Below, one piece after another: positions 59,236 to 64,000 of a stretch of 64,000 nucleotides of DNA. Below the pieces are notes generated by a model. The model searched no databases and had not been told where the DNA came from. It was given only the letters and a program-made list of their open reading frames with translations. Every line of letters begins with the position of its first letter. The first letter of the stretch is position 1. Origin of the DNA: Candidatus Bathyarchaeia archaeon (GTDB lineage: Archaea > Thermoproteota > Bathyarchaeia > Bathyarchaeales > Bathycorpusculaceae); contig JAVYWL010000002.1 in the NCBI GenBank assembly GCA_038727135.1, positions 224,001 to 288,000 of the forward strand. Direction: 5' to 3'. Made by a program: the position numbers and the translations under genes.

Positions 59236-59556
59236 ATGCCGTCTGAGAAAAGGCGGAGAAGAAGCATAGATGAGCTTTTCGGAGGCTCCATATTCGACGA
59301 AATGGAGGAAATATTCAAAGAATTTCCAGAAGACGAAATCACCAGCGGTTACTCGATAAGTGTGACCCAAACGCCGGAAGGCACAAAAGTCAAAGCTAAG
59401 GTTGGAAAGGATGTTGACGTAAACGCCTTAAAAAGAAGGCTTCAACAGCAGTATCCGGGAGCGCAAATAGAAATCGAAGGCGGAAGACAAGAGCCTCTCA
59501 TAAGGGAGATTTCAACAAAACCCGCACGGGAAGAGGAAAACAGCGAGGAAGCATAG
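59236..59556 (+). CDS. Hypothetical acidic protein resembling an archaeal small heat-shock protein N-terminus
   Basis: IFDEMEEIF...GYSISVTQ; no complete alpha-crystallin domain. Confidence 0.65.
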   Translation: MPSEKRRRRSIDELFGGSIFDEMEEIFKEFPEDEITSGYSISVTQTPEGTKVKAKVGKDVDVNALKRRLQQQYPGAQIEIEGGRQEPLIREISTKPAREEENSEEA

Positions 59557-59562
59557 GCAAGG

Positions 59563-60282
59563 TTAGGTTAAGTCGCCACATACACATTTAACCTCATGAA
59601 GCATTGTTAACAACTCGTTAAAACCCTCTCCAGTCTTTGCGGAAACCAGCGGTATCCGCTGGGCTGGGATAACCTTACCCAAAATTCTGAGTATGGGAAG
59701 ATAAATGTCAGCCAAAATCCCCATCGTTTTAACCTTCCTCACCAAAATTTTGGGATTATACAAAATCTTGCTCAGCCTTTCCGCCTCCTGCTTATCAAGC
59801 AAGTCCACTTTATTCACAATCCTTAAAGTGTTTATCCCAAGCCTAAATGAGATGGCAAGCGAATACAAGTAGGCCGATGGCAAGTCATCAACCCCGATGG
59901 TGGCGTCAATTATGAATACGCCAACAGAATCCGTCAGCTGACCAACAATTTTTGGGCCGGAACCGCGAAAGGCGAAAACTTCGAGTTGTCCGGGCGTGTC
60001 AAAGAGCACGAAGTCTCCATCAAGTGCTGGGATTCTCGTCTCGCTGAGCATGTCCATAGCCCTCAAAACAGCACCGTTGGGTCCCAAACCCTCCTCAGCC
60101 ATTATCCGCTCAACAGTGAACCTTTCCCTAATATCAAAGTCACAACTGTAAGGAACAGTCAAACATCCAGGGTCAAGATTCAAAAACTTAACAGAATAAC
60201 CCTCCCTCAATAAATACTCTCCAAACCTCCATGTCAAGAGGCTTTTTCCAGAACCAGCCGGTCCCAAAACAACAACATTCAT
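59563..60282 (-). CDS. GPN-loop GTPase
   Basis: GPAGSGKS, NLDPG, GLGPNG, DTPGQLE, NKVD, VSAK and C-terminal CVCGDLT. Confidence 0.92.
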   Translation of the reverse strand: MNVVVLGPAGSGKSLLTWRFGEYLLREGYSVKFLNLDPGCLTVPYSCDFDIRERFTVERIMAEEGLGPNGAVLRAMDMLSETRIPALDGDFVLFDTPGQLEVFAFRGSGPKIVGQLTDSVGVFIIDATIGVDDLPSAYLYSLAISFRLGINTLRIVNKVDLLDKQEAERLSKILYNPKILVRKVKTMGILADIYLPILRILGKVIPAQRIPLVSAKTGEGFNELLTMLHEVKCVCGDLT

Positions 60283-60619
60283 AAACCACACCGCCATCCA
60301 TTCCAAGGACTGAAACCTACTTTTCAGTTTTACCCTCTTAGCCATTCTCATCTGCAACTGAAAACATCAATTCTTATGGCTATTAAAGCCCAAAAGTCCT
60401 GCTGGCATCGTCGCCAAGGAACATTTGTCAATTTTGCTTAGAACCACAGCATGGACATTGCAGCTCAGCGACCAAAACCATAGCCCTAATTACAAGAGGA
60501 AGCCATCACGTGGTTGGCAAACTAACAACGAAAACCGAAATGGTTCAAGATATGATTGCAAAGATAAAAGAAGACCAGAAAAGAATAGCTTACGAAAGTC
60601 CCATGCTTGGCAAGCAAAC

Positions 60620-61612
60620 CTAAATTGGCGGTTTAGTCCTCTTTTTCGCATCTGTGCTTTGACGAGCCCACTTTTCAAATTCCTTAGAAGGCGGATAATC
60701 AACGAAAAGCGCTTTCCTCTTGGCCTCGAGAAAAAGGTTTTCTTGGCCTAAAAATTCAGCAGATGTTAAAACCTTTTTACCGGTTCTTTGGGCTTCTTCG
60801 AGGACTTCTTTTGCTTTTTCACGCCACTCTTTATCCCTTAAAATGTGGTGTTCAAGAATTGTGCATGGCACAGAATCAACGATTTTTCTGAGATTTTCTA
60901 ATCCTAATCTAACCAGTTTCTCATCAATTCTGAAGCCGGACAAATAGAGGGGCGGTCCGCCAATTAAAAGCAGCTGAGGTTTCTCCTTAATTATCAGTTG
61001 TAAAGTTTTTGCTGATATGGGACCTTGAACATCTGGGGCCATTAGAAACTTTTCGTTTTTAAATTCTATTGTTGTCATTAGAACCCATCCTAGAGCGGAG
61101 TCCTCTTGACCGTGGAAAACTGGCTCTGAAAATTTTATCATGGTTTTTCCAAAGGTGAAGCTTCTTCCATCAGCGATTATGAGTTGTTTTGCGTCTTTTC
61201 CACCAGTTTTCTGGAAAACCCAGCCTCTGCGCCTCTGGCTGAAGTTAATCATCTCCTTCGGATTTTTAATTAAAACGGTTTTTCCCTGATAGATTTGTCT
61301 CGCTGTCTCCTCAGCTTCTGTCCAGTTACATAGCCAATCCTCATAAGAAGGCGTGTGATGGTCAAAATGGTAGTGGCTAACCGTCACTACATCGGCTTTT
61401 TCAGCGGCCTCAGCTATTTTTTTCCTTGATTCTATTACGGCTTTATACTCTAGTGGATGGGGAGGCAAGCCGTAACGGTTTGGGCATAGAGAAACCCCAG
61501 CGTCCAATAAGATTCTAACATCTGGAGTTTCCACATACGTGCACATCGAACGGACGCCTAAACTTTCGGCTGCAAGCGGCACAACCCTGATATATTTAAG
61601 CATAGCCTTCAA
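60620..61612 (-). CDS. UPF0282 metallo-beta-lactamase-fold protein
   Basis: AESLGVRSM, SHYHFDH, DVQGP and HHILRD motifs. Confidence 0.88.
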   Translation of the reverse strand: MKAMLKYIRVVPLAAESLGVRSMCTYVETPDVRILLDAGVSLCPNRYGLPPHPLEYKAVIESRKKIAEAAEKADVVTVSHYHFDHHTPSYEDWLCNWTEAEETARQIYQGKTVLIKNPKEMINFSQRRRGWVFQKTGGKDAKQLIIADGRSFTFGKTMIKFSEPVFHGQEDSALGWVLMTTIEFKNEKFLMAPDVQGPISAKTLQLIIKEKPQLLLIGGPPLYLSGFRIDEKLVRLGLENLRKIVDSVPCTILEHHILRDKEWREKAKEVLEEAQRTGKKVLTSAEFLGQENLFLEAKRKALFVDYPPSKEFEKWARQSTDAKKRTKPPI

Positions 61613-61670
61613 CAGCCAATAAAGCTTCAGCTATAACTTTTTATCCAAGTCAAGCATTTTAGTTTTGCAT

Positions 61671-61734
61671 GGTGGGCGATGACGACTCTGGCCCCGCTGA
61701 AGAATGATTGGGATCTTGAGTGCGGGAGCCCGCC
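61671..61734 (+). ncRNA. Box C/D guide sRNA
   Basis: Terminal stem GGTGGGC/GCCCGCC; C box ATGACGA, D' CTGA, C' ATGATT, degenerate D CGGGA; two 11-13 nt guides; TATA-like TTTTTAT at about 61640. Confidence 0.7.
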
Positions 61735-61808
61735 CCTAAATTCTCACCAAACGAAATGGTAAATGTAAAATTCTGAAACATGCATGATAGCTTTCTGAGG
61801 GCATAAAA

Positions 61809-62939
61809 TTGGCTAGGCTATATGAGAAAACTGTTCCAACCCCGCCACATGAGTACGTTAGAGTAAACCATGAATCTTTAAAAAATTTTGTTGCCGCCAT
61901 CTTAAACTCCTATAATGTGCCCGAAGAAGATTCACAGATAGTTGCTGACGTACTTGTAACCGCTGACCTAATGGGGATTGAAAGCCACGGAGTGCAGAGG
62001 CTAAGGAGGTACAACACGGGCATTCAAATAGGCTCTGTAAACCCAAAGCCTAACATTAAAATTGTGAGCGAATCAGCCTCAACAGCACTAGTCGACGGTG
62101 ACTCCGGACTTGGCCAAGTTGTTGCCTATAAGGCTATGGAAATAGCCGTTAAAAAGGCCGGTGAGGTAGGCGTTTCAGCCGTAGGCGTCAGAAACAGCCA
62201 CCATTTCGGCATAGCTGGTTATTATGCGCTTCAAGCTGTTAAACGGGACATGATAGGCATGGTAATGACCAACTCGGAAGCCTTGGTGGCTTACACGCAT
62301 TCTATTGGCAGAAACATTGGCACAAACCCCATAGCCGTTGGCTTCCCAACAAGAAAGCCTCCACCAGTACTTTTCGACGCAGCAACAAGCGTTGTACCCG
62401 TAGGAAAGATAGAGGTCTACGCCAAAGAAGGAAAGAAAATACCCCTAGGCTGGGCCATGTCTCCCGAAGGCAAACTTCTAGACGACCCCAGAGAAGTTTT
62501 AGCCAAAAAGGGGGCACTGCTGCCATTGGGCGGTTTCGGCGAAGAATTCGGCGGCCACAAAGGAGCCGGCCTAGCCCTTGTGGTAGATCTTTTATGTGGC
62601 GTTTTAACCGGAGCCAACTACGGCAAAAATGTAAAACATACGACTGAAAAAGAACGCGCCAACGTGGGACACTTCATGATAGCCATAAACATAAACAATC
62701 TAACACCAATAGACACTTTTCTAGAAAGGGTTGAGGAATACAAGGTTTACGTGAAAAGCCTAACAAAAATATCTGAAAATGCTGAAATTTGGATTCCCGG
62801 TGAAAAGGCATGGCTGACCATGGAAACAAGGAAAAGAATAGGAATACCAATTCACAAGAACATCTTGAAGGAAATAAGGGAAGAAGCCGCAAAAGTAGGC
62901 CTGAAATTTGACGTTAAAATCCTTAAGGAAACAGCCTAA
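61809..62939 (+). CDS. Ldh_2 family (malate/L-lactate/sulfolactate) dehydrogenase
   Basis: GIESHG, NSHHFGIAG, GTNPIA, DAATS and GGHKG motifs. Confidence 0.9.
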   Translation: MARLYEKTVPTPPHEYVRVNHESLKNFVAAILNSYNVPEEDSQIVADVLVTADLMGIESHGVQRLRRYNTGIQIGSVNPKPNIKIVSESASTALVDGDSGLGQVVAYKAMEIAVKKAGEVGVSAVGVRNSHHFGIAGYYALQAVKRDMIGMVMTNSEALVAYTHSIGRNIGTNPIAVGFPTRKPPPVLFDAATSVVPVGKIEVYAKEGKKIPLGWAMSPEGKLLDDPREVLAKKGALLPLGGFGEEFGGHKGAGLALVVDLLCGVLTGANYGKNVKHTTEKERANVGHFMIAININNLTPIDTFLERVEEYKVYVKSLTKISENAEIWIPGEKAWLTMETRKRIGIPIHKNILKEIREEAAKVGLKFDVKILKETA

Positions 62940-63096
62940 AAACACTATGCCTTATATCAATATCTTCTGTTCAAAACCTTTTACTTTGAGTAAAACTTTT
63001 AACGGGCAAAACTCCGCGCATTTAGCCTTGTACACGTAAATTTTAAAAGCGTCGCAATAGTTATTGTGATACGAATTAATGAGAAGGGAAAAATAA

Positions 63097-64000
63097 ATGT
63101 TGCCATCAAGGATTAAGAAAATTTTTTCAAAATTGAAATCTAGAGAAGCTTTGACTAAAGTTCAAGCAATAATTATTGCCTTGATAATAATCATTGCAGC
63201 TGGCGTAGGCTTAGTCATCTATTATTTCGTTTTACCTCGACCCGGCGAAAAGAAAACCACTTTAGTGATAGCAATCCCCGAAGAGCCTGAAGGCTTAGAT
63301 ATCCAGCAAGTAAGCTGGTCAAATGAAATTCACGACCTCGTCTTCCAATCCTACATGAACTTCAACGCGACCATGGGAATGGTTCCGGATCTCGCCACAA
63401 ACGTAGTAATGGAAGGAAATAACATAACTATATACCTCCCAGTTGATGCCAAATTTTCAAACGGAGACCCCATTACCGCGGAAATTATGAGAGACAGCAT
63501 AGAGAGATATCGACAATTAAGTCCCTACGGCAGCGATTACGAGGCTGTTGTAGGCTACGAAATCATAGATACATACACTTTAAAGATAATATGCAATGTT
63601 CCTCCCGTCTACATATGGTTTAATGATATGCCAGTAGTTTACGGAGCAGTAGTAAATACCAACGTTGCAAGTCAAGTGGGAGATGCCAATTTCAATCTAA
63701 ATCCGGTAGGATCCGGCCCCTATAAGGTTAAAGAATGGGTTCATGGTTCCTATGTACTTCTAGAGAGGAATGAGTACTACAAGACTAATCTGCCTTTTGT
63801 TCAAAACAAGGGACCAAACCCCTACATAGACTATGTGATGATTAGATTTATCCCAGAAGATTTGACAAGAATAAGCGAACTTCTGGCTGGTAACGTACAC
63901 ATAGTAAGGGGGGTTCCTTCAGACGCTGTGGCTGACTTGAGAACTAATGCTGAAGTAACACTCTATGAAAGCACAACTCCTGGCATTGTATACTTAATGA
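63097..64000 (+). CDS. ABC transporter substrate-binding protein, family 5 (peptide/nickel); runs off the window end
   Basis: N-terminal TM, PEGLD, KFSNGDPITAE and NPVGSGPYKVKEW motifs; absent from the supplied ORF track because it has no stop in the window. Confidence 0.9.
   Translation, partial: MLPSRIKKIFSKLKSREALTKVQAIIIALIIIIAAGVGLVIYYFVLPRPGEKKTTLVIAIPEEPEGLDIQQVSWSNEIHDLVFQSYMNFNATMGMVPDLATNVVMEGNNITIYLPVDAKFSNGDPITAEIMRDSIERYRQLSPYGSDYEAVVGYEIIDTYTLKIICNVPPVYIWFNDMPVVYGAVVNTNVASQVGDANFNLNPVGSGPYKVKEWVHGSYVLLERNEYYKTNLPFVQNKGPNPYIDYVMIRFIPEDLTRISELLAGNVHIVRGVPSDAVADLRTNAEVTLYESTTPGIVYLM

Noticed and set aside
60283-60751. ORFs 60425-60751 (+) and 60490-60702 (-), and a short CPCCG peptide
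   Set aside because: No recognisable family, overlap with a real gene, and short or startless frames
154-62945. Numerous short antisense or nested ORFs in the supplied track
   Set aside because: Shadows of well-supported genes, with no motifs of their own
1-64000. CRISPR array, IS elements, inteins, rRNA
   Set aside because: No spaced repeats, transposase motifs, protein insertions or rRNA-like sequence found by eye

Overview
Archaeal chromosomal window, about 44% GC by eye. It is most consistent with Bathyarchaeia (TACK), judging from two EF-2 paralogs, a short XPF, PurP, a GPN GTPase, frequent TTG/GTG starts and TATA promoters. It is gene-dense. Metabolic content: an aryl/acyl-CoA catabolic run (CoA-transferase, acyl-CoA dehydrogenase, Hbd, Crt, IorAB), the archaeal two-component lipoyl synthase LipS1/LipS2 with a ferredoxin, a soluble CCG-fused fumarate reductase/succinate dehydrogenase, a dispersed biotin-carboxylase/transcarboxylase/methylmalonyl-CoA module and purine genes. 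Other content: a TasA-TasA-X-SipW surface-fibre operon, TmcA and a CAU tRNA. The most striking element is a near-canonical fluoride (crcB-class) riboswitch at 32280-32341 (-). It heads a four-gene operon with no fluoride exporter: a prenyltransferase-repeat protein, a twin-Zn-motif DUF6062-like protein and two coiled-coil proteins. Other unannotated signals are a switch-like structured leader of the tasA operon, a C/D box guide RNA, a hairpin sRNA candidate, a docking-like tail shared by two carboxylase subunits, and several frameshifted genes. All calls come from reading the sequence; no searches were run.
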